NCBI RefSeq assembly: GCF_009914755.1
Contig: NC_060933.1
Direction: 5' to 3' (one strand)
Source of the DNA: the human T2T-CHM13v2.0 reference genome, Homo sapiens
Length of the DNA stretch: 64,000 nucleotides
Part shown: in pieces, positions 1-15,400 of the stretch
Layout of the letters: each line of letters begins with the position of its first letter
How positions within the stretch are numbered: the first letter of the stretch is position 1
Position numbers and translations under genes: made by a program
The notes under the pieces: model-generated
What the model was told of the DNA's origin: nothing
What the model saw: only the letters and a program-made list of their open reading frames with translations
Databases searched by the model: none

Positions 1-128
1 GGAGACCTGTGCCTCTTTGTTCCCAGGGACCCTTTCTTCCCTTTGGGTCAAACATGTCTTGGGACCATTTCCTCCCATCTTTTCCTTGGGGGTGGATGTG
101 GACAGTTTCCCCTGGTTGTTGGCTCTGA

Positions 129-443
<315 letters not shown>

Positions 444-512
444 TAGCTTGCAGGCCCCATTTTGACTCTTTCCTGGTTTGTCTCCACTCAAAATATTTGT
501 GAATGAGTGAAA

Positions 513-580
513 GGGTGGATGGACGGATGGGTGGATGGGTGGGTGGATGGATGGACGGATGGGTGGATGGGTGGGTGGAC
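513..580 (+). repeat. (GGAT/GGGT)n tetranucleotide repeat
   Basis: ggatggacggatgggtggatgggt... Confidence 0.9.
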
Positions 581-969
581 ACACAGGTGGATTGAGACTT
601 CCAAGGGTGGTCCAGGAAGAGAGGACTAGACCTGCCCCCTGTCACCACAGGCTCCACTGAGAAGTCACATGGGCATGGTGAGACGGGACACAAGGCTCGT
701 CTCTGAGTGATGTCATAATCTGTGTGCACAGGGCTGGGGCTGTCACCCAGCAGCTACCTTGGAGAGCGCCCGTGGGCCCAGGAATGCATGGCCATTTGGA
801 TTTTACGAGATGAGATCTTTTTTCTGCCCTTGAATGGTTGTACCTGGCCAGTGGCTGGACAGGTGCTCATCACCATGAATGCCTTCCTGGGGCTAAAGCA
901 GGCCATGCTGTCACCTTCAGAACCACATGGGAACAGCAGGTTTGCATATGTCGTTTGCATAACATATTT

Positions 970-1100
970 TGAATCCGTTATTTCACTTAATCTTCACAAG
1001 AACCATGTGAAGTTGGTGAGATTTTTCACTCCAGTTCAAGAAAAGGAAATTTGGCTCCCAAGGGGTGGACTTATTTGTCCCAAGCCAAACAGCTGTTAGT
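970..1100. mobile_element. MIR SINE fragment
   Basis: tcacttaatcttcacaagaaccatgtgaag...ggaaatt resembles the MIR core. Confidence 0.5.
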
Positions 1101-1404
1101 AGGGAAGTGGGCACTCGGACCCACATGGCCGAGCTCATCACCTGGTTCAGTCTCCTCCACTCCCCACTTTAGTCAGGGGGCCTTCTCCTAATGGGCACAG
1201 CCCACCAGCCTTTTGGCACATTCCACCCAAGGACCCCGTATTCTGTGGTTAACCTGGGTTCTGGGGGCCCCATAGGAGAGTTACCAAGGGAACAAGGAGG
1301 AATGGTGGGCCCTTCTGTTCCACCCATTGATTCCCCAGAAGAAAGGTGCATTTGCATGTAGTGCCTATGGGCAGGGAACTTTCCCACCCTGAGGGAGTGG
1401 GGTC

Positions 1405-1998
1405 ACACCACACACACGCACACTCACAAACACACTCACACATAGTCACACACACACTCACACACAGTCACACACATTCACACATAGTCACACACACATT
1501 CACACAGTCTCACACATAGTCACACAGTCACACTCACATAGTCACACACTCATAGTCACACACACACAGTCACACACTCACAGTCACACACTCACACATA
1601 GTCACACAGTCACACACACTCACATAGTCACACACACTCACATAGTCACACACACAGTCACACACACTCACACATAGTCTCACACACACACAGTCACACA
1701 CACATTCACACATAGTCACACACAGTCACACACACAGTCTCACACATAGTCACACACAGTCACACTCACACATAGTCACACACTCATAGTCACACACACC
1801 CACACATAGTCACACACACTCACACAGTCACACACACACTCACACATAGTCACACAGTCACACACACTCACATAGTCACACACACTCACAGTCACACACA
1901 CACTCACACATAGTCACACACACACTCACAGTCACACACACACTCACACATAGTCACACACACACACACACATAGTCACACACGTTCACACACACACA
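1405..1998 (+). repeat. CA-rich complex micro/minisatellite (cacacatagtca / cacacactca motifs)
   Basis: About 590 bp of (CA)n punctuated by TAGT, AGT and CT. Confidence 0.97.
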
Positions 1999-3374
1999 AT
2001 AGTAAAGCCGTGACTCTTCCTGCAGGTTGGCCTTGGACTTTCTGGAATGGGCGTCAGCTCAGGAGTATGGCAGGAGGCCTGTGAGGGGCGGGGGGCCTCT
2101 GTGACTCAGGGCTGGCTCCGTGCTGGGGGGACAGATGGTGCTGTCACTGCCCACCTCGTTGGGGAAGGTGGGAGCAGCCTGGTGAGAGGACAGCATTGAC
2201 CCGACTCGGGTCCACATTCCTGGTGCTGAACCACAAACCCTCAGGAAGCTCGAGACAAAGCAAGTCCCCTTCCTTGGAGAAGGAGAGGGTGGGCTAGAGG
2301 TTTCGAGTGCCCACCCAGCTCTGACGGGCCTTGAAAGGTCCGAGTCACTGCCTGTTCTGTGTCCCAGTCCCTGTCTGGAATGGCCACAGGACCCTTGTTT
2401 CTTGGGCAAGAAGGATGCATCATGGTACGCAGGGCAACTGGCCTAGTTCGTAAAGCACGCTCACCTTGAAGGAATAGAATTTGTTTTTTCTTTAGCCACC
2501 TGAGTAAATCATTTTAAAAGAATTAAAGTAAGATACATTTAACATTCCACCAACATTTATTAACACCAAACTAGACCAAAGCCTAACTGAGCCTTTAATT
2601 ATTCAGAAGCTTAGATGGGGGAGGCGGCACTTGGAGGGGCCTCTGGGCTGTGGGGGCCGGCGAGAGTCAGGAGGGGAAAACAGAGCCCTGAGCCCAGGGA
2701 GGAGGCATTTGCGGGGAGAGCAGAGAGTTGGGAAATGGATTCCAGAATGCTCCATGAGCCCCTGGGACTGCAGGCCCTGGAATGTTCCTTCCTGCCTGTG
2801 CGTGCCACAGCATTACTGCTTAAAAATTTAAAGCCCCATTTGATACCATAGCGGGCACTCTATTTTCAGAGGGCATGAGCCATTTGCTATGAAAGAGGGC
2901 CCTTGCTCCTTAATGCACTGTGCATTTTAGCAGGAGGCAGCGCTGCTCCGTCCTCAGCTTCCCCCGCACACCCTGGCCTGTGTGCTATTTTCTTTCTTTC
3001 CTCTTTCTCTTTTCTTCTCTTGCTTTCTCTTCATGGGCAGAAGCAGGACAGGGTGCTCCAGAAACCTCAGCCCATGTGCCCTGTTGATAGGGCTGGGTCA
3101 CAGCTGAGCATATTCCAGCCAGGTCGGTATTTCTGTGCCCTGGCTTCACCTTTAACCCACCTGGTGAGGCTGCAAGGTACTGAGTCCCAGGCCCCACCTC
3201 CAGAGTCTCTGATTTCTGTTGCCCTGGGGTCCCTGTGGGGAACCCAGGTATGTACAGCCCTGGAAGCCTCACCAGGTAGTTCCATGCAGCTAGGGTCGAG
3301 CACTGTAGGGACACAGATAGTGGCAGGCGTGTGGCACGGGCTCCGTTCTCTTTGAAGAAGCACTTGGCTCTGGG

Positions 3375-3605
3375 TTTGAGAGTGTAGGCTTTGGAGCCAG
3401 TCCAGCTTGAACTGGCAGGCCTCCTGGCTGGGTGACAGTAAGCAAGTTGCTTAACTTCTCTGAGCCTTGGTCTCCCTATGTGTAAAATGGGACTCAAAAT
3501 AGTACTTATTCATTTCCCGGGGTTTTGTAAAGATCAAATGAGATAAATAACACAGCAGACTCAGTGCAGTGCCTGGAACATGGGAAAGGATGGATAATTA
3601 TTAGC
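3375..3605. mobile_element. MIR SINE
   Basis: gcaagttgcttaacttctctgagccttggtctccctatgtgtaaaatggg...aaatgagataa...gtgcctggaacat matches the MIR core. Confidence 0.8.
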
Positions 3606-5574
3606 TGTTAGTTATCTTGAGGCCAGGTGTGTCTTTGTGTGTTGCTGGCCCCCCTCCCGCTTCTTAATGCCTGCTGCCCCGTTGGGTAGGGTGTGGGATA
3701 GACTGTCATCCCGTAGCTCTGTGACCCTGAGCCTGCCAGTTGGCTCCTCAGAGACACATCCTGCAGGCAAGAAAATGAAGGTGCTCAGAGGAAGGGCTGT
3801 GCTCAGAGGAATGCCTTCCCTAGGGTTGGGAGATGGGTGCGTGATTGCAGTCCTAGACTGACTGTGAGCTGGAGGCAGACCTGTGCCTGTGCCTTGTCCA
3901 TGGCCAGAAAGGAAAGTGCATTCAGGGTTAGGAGAACTATAGGAGAGTAATTGTTTGGTTTTAAGGCAGCTGAATAGCTTGGTATCTTTAAAATTTGTTT
4001 TTTAAATCTAAAGTCTAATCTTTGAAATCTTTTAAAAGCATTCCTTCTCTGGGGAGCAAAAAGCCTACAGCACCGTGTGTGGTCTCCTGACTGAGGCCAG
4101 CATGAGCTCAGCAGCTTCTCCTCGGCACTTGTGGGCCTTCGCTCCTGGGGATTTTGCCAGGAGGGGAATGGAGAGAGGGGTCTGGACTGGCGCCGCCATT
4201 TGTATTGTTGCTTCCTCCGGCCATGTGGCTGCAGGAGCTACTCCCGTGCACTAGATTTACTGGACTTTGTGCAGGGGTTACAGATGTGGATGAGACCCAG
4301 TGTCACTCCCCCCATGAGCATCCTGTCCGGAAAGCTGTGGGGGGACAGCTGTGTGGCTCACTCCTAGGCAGACATTGTGCCAACAAAGTGACGTTGTTGT
4401 TTCCAAATAGTTTGCAGCTAGTTTTAACTCAGTCCATCAGAGAAGCCTCCCTGGAGGAGGTGGCATTTGGGCTGGGCCTTGAAGGACGAATATAGACAAA
4501 CTTTACATCTTTTCTTGAAAAAGGTGCTGTAGTTATTCAAAGTGACAGAGGAAGACAACAAGAGAATCAGGCAGGTGGTATTAGAGGTATGCTTCCGTTT
4601 CTCGGGGAAGAGAAGGGGTGAGAGGGAGCTGAAGCCACCCCGTCGTGTACTTTACAAACTTAAAATTTCAAGATGAGTTTGTGTGTGTTACTTTCTGATA
4701 ACAAGATATGAAATTCCTTGCATTTTGGGGTGCTGAGATTGGCAATAGTGGTTTTCCTTCTACTGAGGAGGCTTGGTTTGCTCTCTTGTATTTTACTTTA
4801 CTTGGCGGGGTGGAGGATGTATAGTAAGAAGTAGAAACCACACTGTCCTCTTTTCACACTGACCGGCAAAGCTAAGCCTCATCCCCAAATGATTTTGTTC
4901 CTAGAAGGGAGAGTATTTTCAAATTCAGCAGAAAAGTCAGGAGTGAAGATTTGCTGTCATGGAGGTAACTTCCTCTCTAGTAATTGGATTAGATTCTGAG
5001 AAAATGACCCAAACACCACTGCAGCAATCCTCAGCTTCCTCCCGCCTCCCCGCAGCCCCGAATGCATTTGCACAGAAGCACACACCAGTTTCCTGCAAAT
5101 AAAATGCACTGGCAGGTGGCTGCACTAAAACTGTTTTTCTTTTAAGCTCCCTGGAATCCTGTTGAATATTAAAGTTCCATCTTGAGGCTAGACTCAATTC
5201 AGATCTGCCTGTAAAGATGTAAAACAGCGATTCTTCATTTGCTGGGTGATTGATTCCTGACTCTATGCTCAGAATGTACATGTTTGCAGAGCAGTCATCT
5301 ACCTATGATACTGTGGGGTGTGATGGATGGCATAGCAGATAGGGAAAAAAGCTTGATGCAGAGTCAGGGAGAGCAGCTCCCTTGTTCCTTCACTCTGCAC
5401 TTAAGTAATCAACCTTATCAGCAAGACAGTCAATGAGATTTAGGAGGAAGGAGAATTTATACCTGGGGGCGGGGCAGCCTAAGAGTGCCATTCCTCTCTG
5501 CTGGTGTTTATGCTTGCCTAACTAATGTTGTCCTGCAACAGAAAGACTAGGAACAATCCCCACCCACCACTACC

Positions 5575-5610
5575 AAAAAAAAAAAAAAAAGAGAGAGAGA
5601 GAGAGAGAGA
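5575..5610 (+). repeat. Poly(A) followed by (AG)n
   Basis: A-run then about 10 GA units. Confidence 0.9.
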
Positions 5611-5925
5611 TCAAGAGAAATCACCCAGCCTGTGCCTGGAGCTACAGCGAATAACGGAACTTGAGTCTCCTACACCCCTGATTTGCATCCCTGATGATAA
5701 GAACAGGTTGGCAAAGAAAATGTTTACCCAACCAATTTGCTGTGTTTGGGGAGTTATCAGTCCTCACAGTCCGCGATGCTGGCGATTACCTTGTAAATAA
5801 TGCATGGGCCACTTCTGGTTCCCAGTGTGCTGGCTGTGTGGGAAAGGGCAATGTCTGTACGAGCAGGCAGAGAAGATTGCCTGGCACCTACTGCGGCTGT
5901 TTTGCTGAACCTGTTGCCCTTTTGA

Positions 5926-7825
<1,900 letters not shown>

Positions 7826-9240
7826 GAGGCTGGGTGTGCTTTCCCTTCATGCTCTCCCTTTCCCTACAGAAATGGTCATTTGGGGCAGGGAGAAGCATAG
7901 CAAAGGTTGTTCTGTGCCTTGAAAGGACTGTTGCCCTTGGCAGTAGGGAGGCCACCACTGGCCCTGGCTTGGCAGAAGCCACCTTGACAGGGGCGGCCTG
8001 AGTGGTGGCAGCAGCATACACTCGCCCCCAAGCCCCCGTCAGTGTGGTTTGGAAGCCAGGGGTCTGAGATCCTGCGCTGCCCGAGCCAAGTCGAATATTA
8101 GCTGGGAAGGGACATCGTTATTGGCCCTTGTCATTCTGCAGCTGCTGCAGGTAAATCACATTAGCCAAAGATTAGCTGAATTGATGAGGGCCATTCTGGA
8201 GCAGGAATCTCTCAGGGCAGTTTTCACATCTGACCTAATCTAGCCATGACAAAGCATACCATAGACTTGCAGGGAAAAAAGAGAGAGACGCCAGCCTCCT
8301 TTCCACCTCGTGGGAAGTGTTCTGCTTCTCCGGGTAACTCTGGACATTAAAACTGGTGTTTGTTTGACCTAAAATCATAGATACAGATGTGCAGCCAGGT
8401 AGAGAGATGCCCACAGTTGACTCCATCTCAGTGCGATTCGACTGAAACGTTATATGCCGCCTTAATGAAGGTATACATGCATTTTAATTAGAAATCCAGC
8501 CCAGATGTAAATGAACAGGTCAAATTACACAGCCTCGCCCGACTGGAAACTGCTGGTGTACTCTGTCTCTGTCTTCCCGTCCTTTTTATGCTAATGTTTT
8601 TCTTCGATGTGCTCCCTGCATGAGGCAAGAACTAATTCTCTTTTAAAAATGATACATTAAATAGATGAAATGGCAAGCTAATGAAATTATAAATCTATAT
8701 TATAAATAAAATAATAGCAGGCCCAATCCTGTTGAGGTGAAATGAGCCGATTGTGCTCATCAGAGGCAGGTGGACATTTTTGTCCTCGCATCTGGCTGGT
8801 CATCATGAATTACTCTGGAGGGAGAGATGTTGACCTGTCTAACCAAAAAAGCATTTATGTCTCTGAGCCAGCACTCCCTTCTCTGCGGCCAGCAGACTCC
8901 TCTAACGAGGGGGGTGTCTTCAGCAACTGGGAGGTAGCTCATCTTGGCAAACGTTGTTGACACAGGCATCTCTCCGAGTTTCCAATTTTGGGGTGCTGTG
9001 GCTCTGGGGGAAGAAAAGCAAGCGCTTGCCTATACTGTGCTAAACCGCATTAAAAAAATTCCAACAGAAATTGTGACGAGGGAATCTCAATAACTCTTAA
9101 AGCAGTTTGTTTTGACTAACTCGAGCATTACAGTGGGATTTTTCTAACTGACCATGCAAATATGTGTTTCCTGATGGCTGTCTGTTTCAGGCAGGCTAGT
9201 GAGCTAGTTCTTCAACGGTATTTCATTTTCTTACTTGCAG

Positions 9241-9246
9241 GGCTAA
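9241..9246 (+). CDS. OLFM1: OLFM1 alternative terminal exon Y, coding part (GGC TAA = Gly-stop) of the short AMY/BMY isoforms lacking the olfactomedin domain
   Basis: Strong acceptor tttcattttcttacttgcAG at 9239-9240 followed by GGC TAA; matches the known Y-type isoforms that end one residue after the M region. Confidence 0.85.
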   Translation, partial: G

Positions 9247-9660
9247 CTTAAAAGAGTTTTTTCAATGCTGCAGTGACTGAAGAAGCAGTCCACTCCCATG
9301 TAACCATGAAAGAGAGCCAGAGAGCTTTTTGCACCATGCATTTTTACTATTATTTTCCAATACTTAGCACCATTTCACTAAGGAACCTTGAATACAACCA
9401 GGATCCTCCTTTGCATGCGACTGTAGCTGCATTTCATGAATAGTTTGAACCCTTGTCAATGCATTTTTTGAAAAAGAAAGAAAAAAAAAACTTCGTGTAT
9501 GTGACTCAAAGCATGTAACCTTAAGATGTTGCATTCTAAACTGACAATAAAGACCTTTCCCAAATATGCTGGTGTTCTGAGGACTGTTTAATATGCTCTT
9601 CTAACTCATTTGGACCAGAACAAATAAGCCTGTAAATAAAGCGGGAATATACACACTTTC
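9247..9660 (+). other. OLFM1: 3' UTR of exon Y (end approximate)
   Basis: AT-rich sequence after the Y stop with AATAAA at 9546-9551 and 9635-9640; the cleavage site cannot be fixed from sequence alone. Confidence 0.7.
9546..9551 (+). terminator. Poly(A) signal AATAAA, exon Y (proximal); second AATAAA at 9635-9640
   Basis: Canonical hexamer; TGTA at 9514-9517 upstream and GT-rich sequence (ggtgttctg) downstream. Confidence 0.7.
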
Positions 9661-9670
9661 CCTCACCTAG

Positions 9671-10027
<357 letters not shown>

Positions 10028-10035
10028 TAGGGAGT

Positions 10036-10056
10036 GGTGCTGAAGTGGACAGCGCC
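10036..10056. promoter_or_regulatory. Candidate non-canonical RE1/NRSE (REST site) with divergent half-sites
   Basis: GGTGCTGAA (reverse complement of left half TTCAGCACC) + GT + GGACAGCGCC (perfect right half). Confidence 0.6.
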
Positions 10057-11312
10057 CGCCTGGCTTCGCGAGGTGATGGCTGGATTAGGGCTCCTGGGCA
10101 GGTCTACCTTGAGAGACAGCAAAGGAGGAGCGTAGGCCACACCCATCCTAGGGCATTGTTCAGAGCCGGGTCTTGTGCAGAGGCCACAGACCCCGCTGAG
10201 TCGCACATCTGGAAAAAAATAGCATACCATCTGGCAGATTGTGTGTGTGTGTGTGAATCGTATGTGTGTGTGCATTGAAGACACCAGTTTAATAGGGCTG
10301 GCAATAACATCTCAGATTCCTCCGGATTGAGAACGGGGGCTGGTGGAGCTCCTGAAATATTGAATCATGCATAGTTTGAATAAAAAAGGGAACAAAATTC
10401 AATCACATCTCAGTAGAGCTGCCATTCACAGCACGGGAGGGAGCCCCTGCTCACAGCCTGGAAGGGGAGGAGCCTCTGAGCAAATGAACCCCTTCCTCGG
10501 GTGTGTTTCCTAAGAAAGACCCCCAGTGTGGGGTGACCCATTTGGATTCTTATTTCTGATTGATTACCCATTCACCTTATCAACTTTCCAGTTAATTACT
10601 AGGAGAAATATTAACACATTAGTGTCTGAGTCTGCTTTTAAATAGCACATTTCAAATCCCAATTCCACTTTTAATTTTTCTTAAGAAATATTAGCCATCC
10701 GTCCTCACCAAGCTGTTTTTGTTTTTTGTTTTTTGTTTAATAACACAAAGGTTGTTGTTTTCATACTACCTACTTTTTAGGGTAACTTAGGGTAATTTTA
10801 GGGTGATTTTGCCTTATGAAGTTTATCTCAGGCTTTCTCTGATGTTCTAACTGGATTACCTTTTTATTTCTACTCTCCCTTCCACACACACACACTCCAA
10901 GTGCCTTACTATAAACCTAAAACATCCAAAAAGAACACTTTAAAAAAAAACCTCTAATGTTAGTCAGGTGAAGAGAGAGAATATTCAAGGGGAAAGAAAA
11001 GAGTCAGCCAAACCCTTGGTTTCCCAGGTTCCCAATTTAGGTGATTTTTAAACGCTCTTCTAGGTGTCCTCAGTGAACGCACAAAGCTTTAAATTCCCCA
11101 GTCCCGAAACAGAGACAATAAGAAATGCTTGGAGTCAGAGAACTAATCCATTTTGATGTGTGCATGCTGGCTGTGTCTCACGGGGGCTGCTAACTGCATT
11201 CTTTCAGCTCTGTGCTCCATGGTGCCCAGCCCTGGTATGACAGTGGCTGGGTGATCTCAGACAGTCCCAGGAGGGGGGTCTGGGCCAGATGGCCTCTACC
11301 ATGGCTTCCCAA

Positions 11313-11369
11313 TTTGACTTTCTAGGAGTTGGTGTGAGTGTTTGACTTTCTAGGAGTTGGTGTGAATGT
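11313..11369 (+). repeat. 28-bp tandem duplication
   Basis: tttgactttctaggagttggtgtga(g/a)tg at 11313 and 11341. Confidence 0.9.
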
Positions 11370-12129
11370 TAATGATGATAGGGCTGTATTAACGATCATG
11401 GGGCTATATAACTATTGCCCTTGGGTACTGTCTTCGGCTTGCTACCCATCGTGACCTTGAGTGACCTCACCATTGCCCCTCTCTCCAGGACCTCCAAACA
11501 CTCCCACTTATGGGGTCTCCCTCGGCCTCCGAAGAATCCAGTGGTGGGGTCTTTTTGTTGTTGTTATGTATTTCCCCATGAGCAGTGTCTTCCCTCCCTG
11601 GAATAGACAGGGCACATCATGGAGAAACCCAGAGAAAACCTCCACATTTTCCAATCAAGGAATCAAGGGAGCAAAGTGAGGATTTGGAGTAAAAAGTTGC
11701 AAATAGTGAGAAGCCAAGGGCCTTTCTGAGGGGGCACCACCCCTCCCGGATGAGCTGGCCTTCCCATCTGTGCTTGGCCTATTTTTAGTAGCTGGGTGAG
11801 TTTACCTTGCAGCTTAAAATCTTGGGTCTTGTGAAAGAGATCACATGGCCGTCCTTGGGCTGCTAACACCATTGATTTGGGAGTAAAGAGAGAGGGTTAA
11901 CAGGCCTCCAGAGGCCCTCTTTCTCCCACCTTTGGAGTGCAGCTGCCTGGTTTCACCTCTGCGTTTAATTCTTTCTTTGGAAGGGCTGCGACACGTAGGC
12001 GGAGCTGCTGAATCAGAGCGTCTGCAGGTGGGGCCCTGGCATCTGCCCGTAGCCAGCACCCAGCTAATCTTGACACACAGCAAACTGAGCTCCCCCGTTA
12101 GAGGAGGCAGTTTTGTAAGGTAGTAAATG

Positions 12130-12300
12130 CCACTCGATAGCTGTGCGACTCCCCCAAGGCATTTCCCCTCTCGAGTTTCAGCTGCCTCCTCCTCTGTAAA
12201 ATGGTGCAGGGAGTCCCTGAGCTCTGGGGTAATTCATGGAATGGTAATTCATGGAAGTCCTTCAGATCCTGAGCTCAGCACTGTGCCCAGCAGAGGAGGT
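12130..12300. mobile_element. MIR SINE fragment
   Basis: tagctgtgcgact...tttcagctgcctcctcctctgtaaaatgg...ctcagcactgtgcccagca. Confidence 0.55.
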
Positions 12301-12354
12301 GCTGGTAGGCAGGTAGGTCGATGGATAGAGAGGTGATGACAGCTGACTGATAAC

Positions 12355-12430
12355 TGGATAGGTAGTTAGATAGATAAATGATTGATTGATTGATTGATTG
12401 ATTGATAGATGATTGACACATAGATAGAGT
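12355..12430 (+). repeat. (GATT/GATA)n microsatellite
   Basis: gattgattgattgatt...gatagat. Confidence 0.9.
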
Positions 12431-15400
12431 TAGCAGCTGCTGACCTTCCTCCTCCCTCTTCCCAGGCTTTCATTCAAGCTCAGTAACTTAAGCACCAAAT
12501 TAATATCCTGCAGCTGCTTAATTTAGCTTCATTTTAGCCTTGCAAATAGGTACCCATCTCAGGACCACCCTGGCAGCCTGTTCCCTTGCTGGGAGGTTGC
12601 TGAGGAGCCCGGCCTTCTGCAAGGTGGAGCCGGCACCCGCTGCCGGCCGTCCTGGGTGGTGAGGGCTTCTGTGAGACGTGGCCTCCAGTAGTGGGCAGTT
12701 TCCTCCCCTGTCCCGGACCCCGCAGTTTCTTGGTGTGCCTGCTGTTCCTGCTGGTGTGAAGTGTGACTGCAGGTTCCATGGTCTAGTGAACAGGGTCCGG
12801 GTTCCCTTCCTGCAGTAAGCCTGGAGGAGAGGCTCTCCCAAAGTCTTCCTGATAGTTCTCTCCTTGCTGCTACCTTCTTCAAGTCACTGTTGCTGACAAG
12901 CCCAGAACATACTCAGAAACAGAGAAAACAAGGACCAGGGCTCCATCAGTTTTCAGTTTCCAATTCTGAAGATCCCTCTTTTGATGGCATTATATGATTT
13001 TCCTAATGGCCCAGCCAGAAACTTGAATCTGAACCTCTCCTCTCGGGCATCCTCTGGAAAGGAGGCAGTTTGCCGGTTCCCCTGGAGCAAGTCTTGTTGC
13101 CAGGCAAGGGGAGAGTCAGTGCTGCCCCGTGCCCCTGGCCTCGTCCCCTGAGCTGGGCGTGGGGCCCTCTCTCCAGGGGAGCCTGCAGAGTCAGATGCCC
13201 CAGCAGCAAAGCTGAGCGAAGCCAGAAGCGTGAGGGTCAGTGCACGATGCTGCTCTACCCATGGAGCTCCCGGGGCGTGGCATGTGCCTGTCAGCTTCAG
13301 GCCTCCGTGGTCCTCTCTATAAATGAGGGGTGAGGGGGCCAGCTGATTTGAAGGGCTCCTCCCAGATATACCATCCTGGCACTCTGGTGCTAAAGGCTTC
13401 CTTAGTTTCTTTTTTTTCCCAAAGCCTGGGAAGCCCCCAGACACCCATAAGCACAGACAGAGCCTGGGCTTCAGGGTCAGTCGGGTCTTTTTGTTTCACT
13501 GGAACGCGTCTTAACAAAGCCCGCTGGCTCCAGCTTCAGAGTCCCCTGTCAGCCGCTGGGAGCTGGGCCTGCCTGGGTATCTAGGTTGATGCAAGTCCAG
13601 TTGCAGGCCCCCGTCCCAGCTCGGGATGGCAGGGCATAGTGCTTGGCTCTGGCACCATGCCCTACACTCTGTCCTGGGGGAGACAAACCTGAAGCCTCCC
13701 TCTTGTTCCCTGACCCTGAGATGTGAGAAAGGGTCAGCCAGGCAGAGAGAGGGTCTGTCTTCTCCTGCCCCCGGCCCTGAGTGGAGCTAGACAGTGAGCC
13801 ACTGTCACCAGCACACATGGTGCGTTCAAGGATAGAGAGTTAAGCCCTTGCCAGTGGATTCTGAAGGAAAACCCACTAGAGTGACAGGGGAGGAAATAAA
13901 CCAAAATCTAAAAAGCCGCTCAGAAGCACTGACTGAGTGGGGCCCGGGCGGCCAGGGCTTCTCCCAGGAAGTTCTCCAGATGACAGGCGGTGAGAGTCTC
14001 CTGGAGGCCCGCCCTTCCTGCCATGCGAGGAAGAGGGTCTGCCGTGACCCTTTCCTCAGTGGCCGCCCCAGCCCAGGCCCTGGGTCTGATCTCGAGGCCT
14101 GGCGGGGATGCAGCATGGTTCTCAGCTTCTTTCATCTGCATTTTGGACATCGGTTTGTCCAAGTTCCCAGCTTTGCAGACTTCTTCCAGCTTAAGTCTTC
14201 CCGGATTGCAGGAGGTAAAAGCTGTGACCAAGGGAGATAGGCTCAGAGGACAGGCAGCAGGACAGGAACCCCATCTGCCTGCTTCAGGGCACTCAGCCCT
14301 CCTGGTCTGTCTCCTTTGTTGCCCAGAGACCCCTCTGTCTCTGGCCTGAGGTCCTCAGTGGGCATCTCCCCGGGCCTGTTCTATGAGATCGTCCATGCTG
14401 CTGCGTAGAAGTGGCCTCCTCTTGTGAATAGCAAGAGGCAGATTGTCTCATCCGCAGGGGCATCAGCTTGTCCAGGCTCCCGGCCTTGCACAGCGCTCTG
14501 CCCTCTGAGCCCGTCTGGGGCCGTCGGGGGGCCTCTGCCCCTCCAGCTGAGCATGCTGGCCCTCCAAGCCCAGGCCTTCCTAGGAGAGAGAGCCCGTTTG
14601 GGCCATTTCCTGAGCCTCCAACAGTGCAGGAAGCCCGGCCAGCCCTCTCCTGCCTCTCCCCTCCTCTTCCCTCCTTGTGTGTGCATCCTGAGTGCTCGTG
14701 ACTGGAGAGGGACGCTTTCCTGAACTGCATGTGCCAAGATTCCACTGAGGCTCTGCCATGGGCTTTTTTGGATCCTGTCAGTTCCTGAGGTCTTGGCAGA
14801 AGCAGTCTGGATGGAGAACCAAAAATAACTCCCTGACTCAAGGAGGGCAGGTGGCCTCCAGCCCCAAGGGCCCTGGGAGCTGTGCCTACAGCCAGCAGTT
14901 GGAAGATCAGGGTGCAGAGCCAGCCTCACCCTTCCCTGCCCTTGCTAAGCCAGGATTTTAAGGCTCATTTCAAGGGGTCACTTTTGCATTTAAAAGAGGG
15001 AGCTGGAGAGGGTGATGCTCAGCTCTGAGCCAGTGGGGCCCATGCAGGAGGGAAGAGGGAGCCCTTGGCCCACGGCAGGGTGGGCCTGGGGCAGAGCCGC
15101 CCTCTGGAGAGCAGAACTGCAAGGTCCAGGGTGGGCGGGATGAAGTGGGAGGGGTGAAGACCACGTCCACTTGGGCTCGCCTTTTCTGCACATCCTCAGG
15201 CTGAATCCCCAGTGATGCCTCCTGACCTCTGTGGAGCTCTGACTCTGTGGCAGGTGCTGTCCCAAAAGCTCTCTGGTGGTCCCTGCCCTAATTCTCACAG
15301 CAGCCTTCCGAGGGGGCACTGTTGTTATTAGCCCATCTATAGAGAAGGAGAGGGAGTACACAGCAGCCCCCAGGGAAGAGGGTCACCCTCCCTCCTTCAC

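Noticed and set aside
2188-2230. Additional RE1 half-sites (GGACAGCA at about 2188, GGTGCTGAA at 2222)
   Set aside because: Imperfect right half with long spacing; compatible with chance.
15090-15112. CTCF-like motifs here and near 20518 and 59875
   Set aside because: Partial matches are common in GC-rich DNA and cannot be supported without ChIP data.
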